A stretch of DNA of 64,000 bases from an uncultured Gammaproteobacteria bacterium (lineage in GTDB: Bacteria > Patescibacteriota > Microgenomatia > Daviesbacterales > UBA10151), in assembly GCA_964649615.1 (NCBI GenBank), contig CAZYPW010000006.1, positions 12,635-76,634 on the forward strand, in the 5' to 3' direction. Below, piece after piece: positions 51,619 through 62,370 of the stretch. Position numbers and translations under genes: made by a program. Each line of letters begins with the position of its first letter. Within the stretch, counting starts at the first letter, position 1. The notes beneath the pieces were generated by a model. That model saw nothing but the letters and a program-made list of their open reading frames with translations. It was not told the origin of the DNA and made no database searches.

Positions 51619-52113
51619 ATGGATATACTTAATCAGTTTGGTATAAATCCAGTGCTTTTGGCAGCACAAACAATTAATTTTTTAATACTTCTGTTTTTAC
51701 TGAGGAAATTTTTATATGGCCCAATTTTAAGGGTTTTAGAAACCAGAAAGAAAAAAATTGAAGAGAGTTTAAAAAATGCAGAGGAGATTGAAAGAAAGCT
51801 ACTTTTAACTGAGGAGGAAAAAGAGAAGATTTTGGCTAAAACAGCAATTGAAGCAGGTAAACTCATAGATGATACCAAAAAAGAGATAGAGTTAATGAAG
51901 CAGGAAGGTAGAGTACAGGCAGAAGCATTGGCTGCACAAATAATCAAAAAAGGTGAAGCGAGTGCTAAAGCTGAAATGGAAAGGATGCAATCGGAGGTAA
52001 TGTCGCATTTATCAGAGATTATTGCTTTGGGTATGCAAAAAATTACTGGAAAGGCCTTAAATAAAAAAGAAGAGAGAGAATTGATTGAAAAGGAGGTTAG
52101 AAATTTGTCATGA
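51619..52113 (+). CDS. atpF: ATP synthase subunit b
   Basis: QTINFLIL...YGPI...R; coiled coil. Confidence 0.92.
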   Translation: MDILNQFGINPVLLAAQTINFLILLFLLRKFLYGPILRVLETRKKKIEESLKNAEEIERKLLLTEEEKEKILAKTAIEAGKLIDDTKKEIELMKQEGRVQAEALAAQIIKKGEASAKAEMERMQSEVMSHLSEIIALGMQKITGKALNKKEERELIEKEVRNLS

Positions 52114-52505
52114 AAAAAAGCAATGACCTAAAAAAGTTAGTTGAAAAATGCTGCATATATTGTTGTTCTGATGGAAGGATTAACGAAAAAAAGGTTACCA
52201 GCGTTATTAAAAATCTTAAATCCCTTCCCAGATCTCAGGCTATTTTTGCTATATCAGAGTTCTTGAAGACTTTAAAAAAACAAATGAGTAAAACAACTTT
52301 AATTGTGGAATCCTCGTTGCCTTTATCAAAACTGCAACTTAACAGTATAGCTAAAAAGCTAAAAAGTGATTATATTATCAGCGATGTAAAAAATACTCTT
52401 AACCCTAAACTACTGGGAGGTTTTAGGGTGAAAATCGGTGATATGGTTTCTGATTTTTCTCTGCAGAATAGAATTTTACAGTTGAAGGAAGCTATAATAG
52501 CTTAA
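52110..52505 (+). CDS. atpH: ATP synthase subunit delta (short)
   Basis: LLGGFRVKIGD...DFSL; operon position. Confidence 0.85.
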   Translation: MKKSNDLKKLVEKCCIYCCSDGRINEKKVTSVIKNLKSLPRSQAIFAISEFLKTLKKQMSKTTLIVESSLPLSKLQLNSIAKKLKSDYIISDVKNTLNPKLLGGFRVKIGDMVSDFSLQNRILQLKEAIIA

Positions 52506-52508
52506 AAT

Positions 52509-54104
52509 ATGAATATGGATATTATTTCCAAGATTGAGAGGGATATTAAGGAGCTAAAATTTAAAGCGCAAAAACAAAATGTAGGTTATGTGAGTGAGAT
52601 TGGTGATGGGGTGGCAAAAATAGACGGGCTTTCTGATGTGCAATATTCTGAGCTTTTGGATTTTGGCTCCGGGGTTAGAGGACTGGCTCTTAATTTGGAA
52701 CAATACTCTGTTGGAGCTGTTATTTTTGGAGATTATACCAAAATTAAAGAAGGGGCTGAAGTTAAAACAACAGGCAAAATTTTGGAGGTGCCGGTTGGTG
52801 AAGCACTTGTTGGAAGAGTGGTTAACGGCTTAGGAGAACCAATTGATGGAAAAGGAGCTATTAAAGCTTCTGCCAAATATCCGGTTGAGAAAATTGCCAC
52901 GGGTGTAATTAGCAGGCAGTCTGTTAATACCCCGCTCCAGACAGGCATTAAAGCCATAGACAGCATGATTCCAATTGGCCGTGGGCAGAGGCAGTTAATT
53001 ATTGGGGATAGAAATACGGGTAAAACAACTATTGCGATTGATACGATTGTAAACCAAGGGAGAGTTAATAGTTCACAGTTAGTTAGTTCATCGCCAAAAG
53101 CAAATCGAACTAACGAATTAACCAATCACGATAAACAAGTTATATGTATCTATGTGGCTATTGGCCAGAAAACTTCTAAAATTGCTCAATTGGTGGCTAA
53201 GTTAGAAGAACACGATGCCATGAAACACACTATCATTGTGGCTGCTTCTGCATCTGACAGCGCTACTATGCAATATATTGCCCCATATGCAGGAGTAGCT
53301 ATGGGTGAGTATTTTATGGACTTGGGCAAAGATGCTTTGATTATTTATGATGATTTGAGCAAACATGCCTGGGCTTACAGACAGGTGTCTTTGCTTCTGC
53401 GAAGGCCATCTGGCCGTGAGGCTTATCCCGGGGATGTGTTTTATTTGCATTCCAGGTTGCTTGAGCGGGCAGCCAGATTAAACAAAGATTACGGTGGCGG
53501 ATCGCTGACAGCTTTGCCTATTATAGAAACTCAGGCCGGAGATGTGTCTGCTTATATTCCAACTAATGTTATTTCTATCACAGACGGGCAGATTTATCTG
53601 GAATCTGATTTATTTAACTCCGGATTCAGGCCTGCTTTAAACGTTGGAATCTCTGTATCCAGAGTTGGAGGAGCAGCGCAAACAAAAGCTATGAAGTCGG
53701 TTGCAGGACAATTAAGGTTAGATTTAGCCCAGTTTAGAGCCTTACAGGCTTTTGCCCAATTTTCCTCTGATTTGGATCCGGAAACCAGATCCAGGATTGA
53801 AAGAGGCAGAAGAATTCAGGAGATACTAAAACAACCTCCTTACTCCCCTGTTAGCTTAGAAGAGCAGGTTGTTTCTTTATGGGCAGTTATAAACGGGCAT
53901 CTGGACGAGATTCCGGTTGAAAATATCCGTGATTTTGAACAAAAGTATCTAGAATACCTTAAATTAAGAGAGAAAAAGCTGCTTTCTGAGATAGCTTCTA
54001 AAAAAGAGTTGGACGAGAAGATGGTAAAAGAGCTAGAAAAGGTTACTAAGAGTTTTGTGAGTACTTTCGCAAAATCAAATATCAAAAATAAAAATGAAAA
54101 ATGA
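52509..54104 (+). CDS. atpA: ATP synthase subunit alpha
   Basis: [29 protein letters not shown]. Confidence 0.97.
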   Translation: MNMDIISKIERDIKELKFKAQKQNVGYVSEIGDGVAKIDGLSDVQYSELLDFGSGVRGLALNLEQYSVGAVIFGDYTKIKEGAEVKTTGKILEVPVGEALVGRVVNGLGEPIDGKGAIKASAKYPVEKIATGVISRQSVNTPLQTGIKAIDSMIPIGRGQRQLIIGDRNTGKTTIAIDTIVNQGRVNSSQLVSSSPKANRTNELTNHDKQVICIYVAIGQKTSKIAQLVAKLEEHDAMKHTIIVAASASDSATMQYIAPYAGVAMGEYFMDLGKDALIIYDDLSKHAWAYRQVSLLLRRPSGREAYPGDVFYLHSRLLERAARLNKDYGGGSLTALPIIETQAGDVSAYIPTNVISITDGQIYLESDLFNSGFRPALNVGISVSRVGGAAQTKAMKSVAGQLRLDLAQFRALQAFAQFSSDLDPETRSRIERGRRIQEILKQPPYSPVSLEEQVVSLWAVINGHLDEIPVENIRDFEQKYLEYLKLREKKLLSEIASKKELDEKMVKELEKVTKSFVSTFAKSNIKNKNEK

Positions 54105-54141
54105 CAGATTAAAATGTAAAATGTTTACTTAAATTAAAACT

Positions 54142-56372
<2,231 letters not shown>

Positions 56373-56374
56373 AG

Positions 56375-57319
56375 CTATTTAGTAACTGTGCTTGTTACTG
56401 CCCTTGCAGAATCTTTTAGCATATTCCAATATTTTCTTGCCATATGGTCTGCAGATCTTTCAGCTTGGAAAGAGTAATAAACTTTTTCTGCTTCAATATT
56501 AGTTCTTACAAGATTCGTTGCATCCACAGGAGTTCTTATAGAATGCAACATTTCTCTAATTCTCCTGATTGGAGTAATCATACTGTCATAATCCACAACT
56601 TGTAGGATCTGTCTTACCGATGAATCTAATTCCCTTTCAGCATTAGGGCTATTTGGGTGAAATGAATTATAAGCAAGATATGGAAAGTTTCCAGAGATCC
56701 AAAGTCTGGAACTAGTATTAGGAGACATATAACTTAACCAAGCCTTCATCTTATCTGCTTTCCTTCGAATTAAGCGGTCTCCAAAACCCTTTCCTGCAGT
56801 TATGTGATCGGTAGGCACGCTTACTACAGTGTCATATACGGCGAATCCAAAGACGGTTCTAGCCTCCAAAATTCTCTGCGCAGGATGAACTCCAGATAGC
56901 AACATTTGTTGCTGGGATTGATTGGCTTGTGCTTCTATCCTAGCCTTATAATTTTGAGATAATTCTACCTGGTATCTGTCGGCTCTTTCTTGATACTGTT
57001 TCAGTTGGTCGCCCCATCTCCTCCAAACTTCGTAATTAGAGAACTCGTGGGTTAACTCGTCTCTATATAAGCTGGGATCAAAAGAGGGTAAATGTATTCC
57101 AATATGACTTTGGTTATCTACTGTATTTACTGCTGGCATAAAAAACATGCCAGTAAAATCATCTGGAAGGTCCTTTCCTTGAAGAAGCTCTGGTTTAGCC
57201 GTGGCAAATTTAAGCCTAGTGTATTCTTCCCTATCGGATGTTGCACTGACAGTTAAATCAGTTGTTTTATAAGTAGCCTTTAACTCATCTATGATTGTTT
57301 GAATATCTCTTTCAGGCAT
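56375..57319 (-). CDS. Hypothetical protein
   Basis: 314-aa ORF; no recognised motif. Confidence 0.6.
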   Translation of the reverse strand: MPERDIQTIIDELKATYKTTDLTVSATSDREEYTRLKFATAKPELLQGKDLPDDFTGMFFMPAVNTVDNQSHIGIHLPSFDPSLYRDELTHEFSNYEVWRRWGDQLKQYQERADRYQVELSQNYKARIEAQANQSQQQMLLSGVHPAQRILEARTVFGFAVYDTVVSVPTDHITAGKGFGDRLIRRKADKMKAWLSYMSPNTSSRLWISGNFPYLAYNSFHPNSPNAERELDSSVRQILQVVDYDSMITPIRRIREMLHSIRTPVDATNLVRTNIEAEKVYYSFQAERSADHMARKYWNMLKDSARAVTSTVTK

Positions 57320-57406
57320 AAATTTATTACAAAGTATACCATAATTCTTTCCTTAAACTACCTTCCCACGCTTCATATCTTCTTAAAGTTAAACAAGATC
57401 CTTCTT

Positions 57407-57515
57407 TGTGCCTCAACCTTCGAGGTTGCAACCTATTTTTCCGGCAGAAAAGGAAAATACGTGCCGATTAAAGAAACAATGAAAATGTGCCTCAACCTTC
57501 GAGGTTGCAGGCTAA
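57407..57515 (+). repeat. Two family-B hairpins (TGTGCCTCAACCTTCGAGGTTGCA) flanking a duplicated atpD fragment
   Basis: Cores at 57414-57428 and 57493-57507; 57441-57465 is identical to 56242-56266. Confidence 0.88.
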
Positions 57516-57520
57516 ACATT

Positions 57521-57880
57521 CTACGGAATATCTGACATTAAAGGCATTCCCAGATGAGTTTTAATTTCATCAATTTCTCTTTTGTTTCTGGAATGGAACA
57601 GTCCCTCTTTGTCTCTAATTCCTTTAACATCCATATGAAGATTTTCTATATCTCCTCTGGCTGCATCAACATTTTCACTCATTTCCTTTACATCTTTTTT
57701 AAGACCATCGACATCTTCCCTAAGAGCATTCACATCTCCCCTTGCTTCCTTAATCTCCTTTTTAACTGTATCAAGTCCTTCTTCAACATTCCCAAGTCTT
57801 TTATCTATCGGTTTTAATTCCTCTTTGACTATAGTGGTAACTTCTTCTTTAATTATTTGACGAAATTGTTTTGGATCCAT
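57521..57880 (-). CDS. Coiled-coil hypothetical protein
   Basis: Heptad repeats throughout. Confidence 0.65.
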   Translation of the reverse strand: MDPKQFRQIIKEEVTTIVKEELKPIDKRLGNVEEGLDTVKKEIKEARGDVNALREDVDGLKKDVKEMSENVDAARGDIENLHMDVKGIRDKEGLFHSRNKREIDEIKTHLGMPLMSDIP

Positions 57881-57980
57881 GAATTAATTTTAATACTGAC
57901 CTATATGGAAAACAATATAGCTTTTGTACTCCAGTTAAGCAATATGTTCAAAGACGCTATCAAGATGAAATGAAACCACG

Positions 57981-58001
57981 TTCCCACATCGGATGTGGGA
58001 A
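57981..58001. repeat. REP-like hairpin family A, intergenic
   Basis: TTCCCACATCGGATGTGGGAA. Confidence 0.92.
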
Positions 58002-58016
58002 TATGGATGAAGTAAG

Positions 58017-58402
58017 TTATTCTTCAATATAAACAAATTGGCCTTTTTCATCAAATTTTATGGATTTAAACAGATTAAAGAACCCGTCTCTTCCTAAAAT
58101 TGGAATATTTTGTTTAACACTGAAGTCTGCATCTGTTTCATAACTTTTATTTCCCAACCAAATCTGATCCAGAATCCAGTAAAGCATCAAATTTGGGGAA
58201 ATCGGAGGAACATATGAATATCAAGTTATTTTAGACATTACATTGATAAATGACCATCAAAAGGTGGAACATAATGAAGAATAACCTCATCCTTCTTTTT
58301 TCCAGTTAATCTTTTGAGTAAAGAATCCAATGATTGTGTTGAATTAACTACCCTTGTTCTTTTTTTGTCAAGAGCAACCCATTTATTCTCATAGTTTAAA
58401 AG
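58017..58402 (-). pseudogene. Decayed DUF5678-like + retropepsin-like aspartyl protease gene pair
   Basis: YENKWVAL...YVPP fragment (about 58238-58402); FDALLDSGSD and ILGRDGFF in different frames (58017-58238). Confidence 0.55.
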
Positions 58403-58463
58403 GAAGCATGACTCCAATCTTTCTACATGATTGGGACCATTGATGAGGTAAAGGAATAACTAT

Positions 58464-58943
58464 TTACCCTCTTTTAGGCGGGTTAAAAGATGGATTGTCT
58501 GGCAAAACACCCGCTTCCAAGTATCGAACATTGATAGATAAGCCATTAGCTATTAAAATTTTTTGTAAGTCATGTATTCCTCTTTTAATCTTGCCATTTT
58601 CTAAAGCTGATAAGTAAGCTTTAGTTATAGGGGGACCAGACCTTTTTGCTAACTCTGTAAGTGAAAGAGCTCTCTCATTTCTCCATGCTCTTACAACTAG
58701 GCCTGGAGAGTAATGTGAGCCATGGATTTGTAAACTTCTATTCATAAAGTCTTCGTCTTGAGGAAAAAGTCTAGCATTCTCAATAAATCTTCCTAATAGG
58801 ATGATTTCTTCTTCTAAATTGCTATGATATCGCTCTGGATAACGTTGGATAATATATGATACTCCCTCTAGAAAATACCTGGTTTGACCTGGAGATAACT
58901 GATCTAGTTCCCTTGTTATAGCATGTTCTAATTCGTTAAACAT
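58464..58943 (-). CDS. XRE-family HTH protein
   Basis: R..RALSLTELAKRS...AYLSALENG. Confidence 0.75.
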   Translation of the reverse strand: MFNELEHAITRELDQLSPGQTRYFLEGVSYIIQRYPERYHSNLEEEIILLGRFIENARLFPQDEDFMNRSLQIHGSHYSPGLVVRAWRNERALSLTELAKRSGPPITKAYLSALENGKIKRGIHDLQKILIANGLSINVRYLEAGVLPDNPSFNPPKRG

Positions 58944-59012
58944 AGGAATAATTTTAACAGAAAATTAGGAATAAATCAAACTATGGGACTTTTGGAGTTT
59001 GTGCTTTTTGAA

Positions 59013-59340
59013 TTAAAATTTCAACCCCGCCTTGGTTTTAATTCTATTTCCTTTTTGTCCCACTACACCATATGATGTATTAGACATCTCCATAAACCCC
59101 ACATCAATTTTATAATTTTTGCTACCAATTTTAATACGCAGTGTATGGATATAAATATTTTCAGGGAAACCTACAATTCCACTAACTTGTAATTTTATGC
59201 CTTTTAATAAATTAATCCCTAAAACTTCAGTTACTTGTGCATTAAAGATACAGATATCTGCACCTGAGTCAATTAGTACTTCATATGGGGATAACGGGAC
59301 GTAAAGTATCAGTACCAAATTCCTTATATTTAAACTTCAT
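59013..59340 (-). pseudogene. Retropepsin-like aspartyl protease, frameshifted and truncated
   Basis: MKFKYKEFG..LRPVIP is out of frame with LIDSGAD...GVVGQKG. Confidence 0.6.
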
Positions 59341-59345
59341 TTCTT

Positions 59346-59390
59346 TGTGCTTCAACCTTCGAGGTTGCAGGCTAGAGGTTGCAGGCTAAA
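59346..59390 (+). repeat. Family-B hairpin with partial tandem duplication
   Basis: TGTGCTTCAACCTTCGAGGTTGCAGGCTA followed by GAGGTTGCAGGCTA. Confidence 0.8.
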
Positions 59391-59446
59391 ATTTCATCAC
59401 TATATTCTCGGTCTCGAATATAATTTTTACTAACAAATGGTGCAGA

Positions 59447-59683
59447 TTAAGCTGCCGGTAAAACTGGTTCTCCTCCTCCTGTACTAACTGTTACTGGTGG
59501 ACAGCTACATTTGCTTTCAGCCTCATTACAGGGGACGCATTTTTTAACACAATGCTCTCCTCCACAAGCATGTTGTTCATCATGCATATCTGACTCTGCC
59601 CCGCACATATCACATTTATACCCTGTGGTACCTTGGCCACACCTGGTACACATAGCAGCTGTAGGATTATTATTTCGATCCAT
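59447..59683 (-). CDS. Small Cys/His-rich metal-binding protein
   Basis: 10 Cys including CxxC/CxC motifs and 3 His; strong AAGGAGGTGA SD. Confidence 0.7.
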   Translation of the reverse strand: MDRNNNPTAAMCTRCGQGTTGYKCDMCGAESDMHDEQHACGGEHCVKKCVPCNEAESKCSCPPVTVSTGGGEPVLPAA

Positions 59684-59744
59684 TTTTATCACCTCCTTGT
59701 TTCTATGGTAACTAATAGGGTCTGTATGGTCAATATCTCAATTA

Positions 59745-60107
59745 CTAGACAAGATGGGTAAAGGCACCATCTAGGTGAAGATAATAAGCTTCAACTTCTA
59801 AATTTGGATACTTTCCCAAAACCTTAGCTCTGGCATTTTTTAAATCCTCTGCATGTTTTTGGGGAGAAGACTCTTTCCCATAAGCCCCACAATCTTCGTG
59901 GTTTATCAGGATTACTTTTTTAATGTGATGCAGCTTTACCGCAATATCAATTTGCCCCAAGATGACCTCTAAATTTTTCACTCCACCTGCCAAAGCCACC
60001 CGATCAAAAATTTTAGGCCTGATATGTTGAGAGATCCATTTATTTATGGTCTTTTGAAACCGAAAGTCGATACAAGTAACAATTATGCCTTCTGTTTGGT
60101 GATTCAT
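59745..60107 (-). CDS. Beta-carbonic-anhydrase-like protein
   Basis: CIDFR and HEDCGAY zinc ligands. Confidence 0.78.
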   Translation of the reverse strand: MNHQTEGIIVTCIDFRFQKTINKWISQHIRPKIFDRVALAGGVKNLEVILGQIDIAVKLHHIKKVILINHEDCGAYGKESSPQKHAEDLKNARAKVLGKYPNLEVEAYYLHLDGAFTHLV

Positions 60108-60132
60108 AATATGATATTATACAATATGTTTT

Positions 60133-60543
60133 ATGGCTCAGTTGCATTTAAAAGTTGTTACTCCGGAAAAACTTTTGCTGGATGAAGAGGTTTCTCAAGT
60201 TAATGTGTCCACTGAACAAGGCCAAATAGGGATTTTGCCAAATCATGCAAACTTAATGGCCAAGTTAGAGCCAGGTGAGCTGGTTATAAAAAAGGGTGGG
60301 AAAGTGGATACTTTGGCTGTGGGAGATGGATTTTTGCAGGTTGCAAATAATACCCTGACAGTGATGACTGATCTGGCTACATATGCTGTGGATATAGATG
60401 AAAAGACTGTTGAGGAGGCTAAAAAAAGAGCTGAGCAGGCTTTAGAACAAACTTTATCGGATGAAGAATATGCAGAAACATTTGCCAATTTACAAAAATC
60501 CCTGGCCCAGCTTCATGTTAAAAGAAGACACAGAGTAAGGTAA
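60133..60543 (+). CDS. atpC: ATP synthase subunit epsilon
   Basis: VVTPE, GQIGILPNHA, GFLQV, AKKRAE. Confidence 0.95.
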   Translation: MAQLHLKVVTPEKLLLDEEVSQVNVSTEQGQIGILPNHANLMAKLEPGELVIKKGGKVDTLAVGDGFLQVANNTLTVMTDLATYAVDIDEKTVEEAKKRAEQALEQTLSDEEYAETFANLQKSLAQLHVKRRHRVR

Positions 60544-60559
60544 TTGATACAATTACTAC

Positions 60560-61486
60560 ATGGTAAAAGCACCTGATCTTTCGATAATAATTCTTAACTA
60601 TAATGTTAAGGAACTATTACTCAATTGTTTAGAGTCTATTTTTAAAAACAAGGGTAAGGAGGATAAGTGGCAGGTAGTTGTGGTGGATAATGCTTCAATA
60701 GACGGCTCAGTAGAAGCAGTTAAACAACTACGTTCCCACATGTCAAGTGGGAACACAGTTGATATTATAGAAAACAGGGAAAATATGGGATTTGCCAATG
60801 GTAATAATGTGGCTATTCCTAAAGTTAAAGCGCCTGTAGTTTTATTTTTAAATCCAGATACCAAAATTGTGGGAGATGTGATTCAAAAATGTTTAGATAA
60901 ATTGCTTTCTAATCCAGATCTCGGGGCAATTAGCCCAAGAGTAGAATTGCCCGATGGCAGATTGGATTACTCCTGTCACAGAGGTTTCCCTACTCCCTGG
61001 AATTCTTTGATGTATTTTTCAGGAATTTCAAAGTTATTTCCTAAAATTAAATTATTCTCAGGGTACACTGCTTCATATTTAGATACTCAGACAGAACATG
61101 AAATAGATTGTATTACTGGAGCTTTTTTGATGGTTAGAAAAATTGCTGGGGATCAAATTCACTGGTGGGATAAGGATTATTTTTTTAATGGTGAAGATAT
61201 TGAATTTTGTTTTTCTTTAAAAGAAAAGGGTTGGGAAATTTATTATTACCCAAAAGTAAAAATAATCCACTACAAGGGTTCTTCTTCAGGATTGTGGTCT
61301 ACTGCTAAAATTCAAGTTTCTAAAGAATCCAGGTTGAAATCCGCAAAACATTCCACAGGAGCCATGAGAATTTTTTATATGAAGCATTATTATAAAAAAT
61401 ATCCGGTTTTTTTCAGGGACTTGGTTTTGCTGGGAATAAAGTCGCTGGAGCATTACAGAAAGGCAAAAATATGGATCTCTCGGTAA
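60560..61486 (+). CDS. GT2 glycosyltransferase (WbbL/rhamnosyltransferase-like)
   Basis: VVDNASIDGS, GFANGNN, LNPD, EDIE. Confidence 0.9.
   Translation: MVKAPDLSIIILNYNVKELLLNCLESIFKNKGKEDKWQVVVVDNASIDGSVEAVKQLRSHMSSGNTVDIIENRENMGFANGNNVAIPKVKAPVVLFLNPDTKIVGDVIQKCLDKLLSNPDLGAISPRVELPDGRLDYSCHRGFPTPWNSLMYFSGISKLFPKIKLFSGYTASYLDTQTEHEIDCITGAFLMVRKIAGDQIHWWDKDYFFNGEDIEFCFSLKEKGWEIYYYPKVKIIHYKGSSSGLWSTAKIQVSKESRLKSAKHSTGAMRIFYMKHYYKKYPVFFRDLVLLGIKSLEHYRKAKIWISR
60733..60753. repeat. REP-like hairpin family A, in frame in a GT2 gene
   Basis: TTCCCACATGTCAAGTGGGAA; encodes SHMSSG. Confidence 0.92.
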
Positions 61487-62370
61487 TTATTTTAAGTTAT
61501 AATACTAAGGAAATAACGGATGAATGTTTAAATAGACTTCAGCAATCAGTCGCCAGCTGTCAGACAAAATTAAAAAATAAAATAGAAGTAATTGTTTTGG
61601 ATAATGCATCCAGTGACGGGTCTTTGGAAATAATCAAGCAGAATCACCCCTGGGTAGAATTGATAGAATCCAAAGAAAATACCGGTTTTTCTAAGGGTAA
61701 CAATTTAGCAATAAAACAGTCCATCAACCCGTATGTTTTATTTCTTAACTCTGATGCCTATGTGGAAAATGATACCCTGGAAAAGGCTATGCAGTGTTTT
61801 AAAAATCCTGATTGTGACGCTTTAGGCCCAAAATTAGTTTTTGAGAATGGGGACTTTCAGCCATCAGCCGGTAATTTACCAAATCCTTTTAATATTCCTC
61901 TTTGGATTTTGGGATTATCTTTGATTCCAGGTATAAATAAGCTAAATTCCTACCATCCAAAGCATAAAGAATTTTTTAATAAGATGAGACAGGTTGGTTG
62001 GGTGACCGGGGCTTTTTTTATGCTTAGGAAAAAGGTTTTAGATAAAGTAGGCTTATTTGATGAAAATTTATTTATGTATAGTGAAGAAATTGAGCTTTGC
62101 AAAAGGATTAAGAACGCAGGATTTAAAATTTGGTATATTCCAACGATTATCGTTACCCATCTTCACGCTGCTTCATCTAGTTTTGACACCTCCCTTGCAT
62201 TTATAAATGAACTAAAGGGCCTTAAATATTATTTTGGCAAATACTATCCTTCTTGGTATTTTTTAGTCAAATTATTTTTAATATTGGGTTTGATTTTAAG
62301 AGTTATAGCTTTTTCGCTCCTAAAACCTTCAAGAGCCAGGGCGTACATAAAAGGTTTATCAGTTATATGA
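61471..62370 (+). CDS. GT2 glycosyltransferase
   Basis: DNASSDGS, GFSKGNN, LNSD, FMYSEE. Confidence 0.9.
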   Translation: MDLSVIILSYNTKEITDECLNRLQQSVASCQTKLKNKIEVIVLDNASSDGSLEIIKQNHPWVELIESKENTGFSKGNNLAIKQSINPYVLFLNSDAYVENDTLEKAMQCFKNPDCDALGPKLVFENGDFQPSAGNLPNPFNIPLWILGLSLIPGINKLNSYHPKHKEFFNKMRQVGWVTGAFFMLRKKVLDKVGLFDENLFMYSEEIELCKRIKNAGFKIWYIPTIIVTHLHAASSSFDTSLAFINELKGLKYYFGKYYPSWYFLVKLFLILGLILRVIAFSLLKPSRARAYIKGLSVI

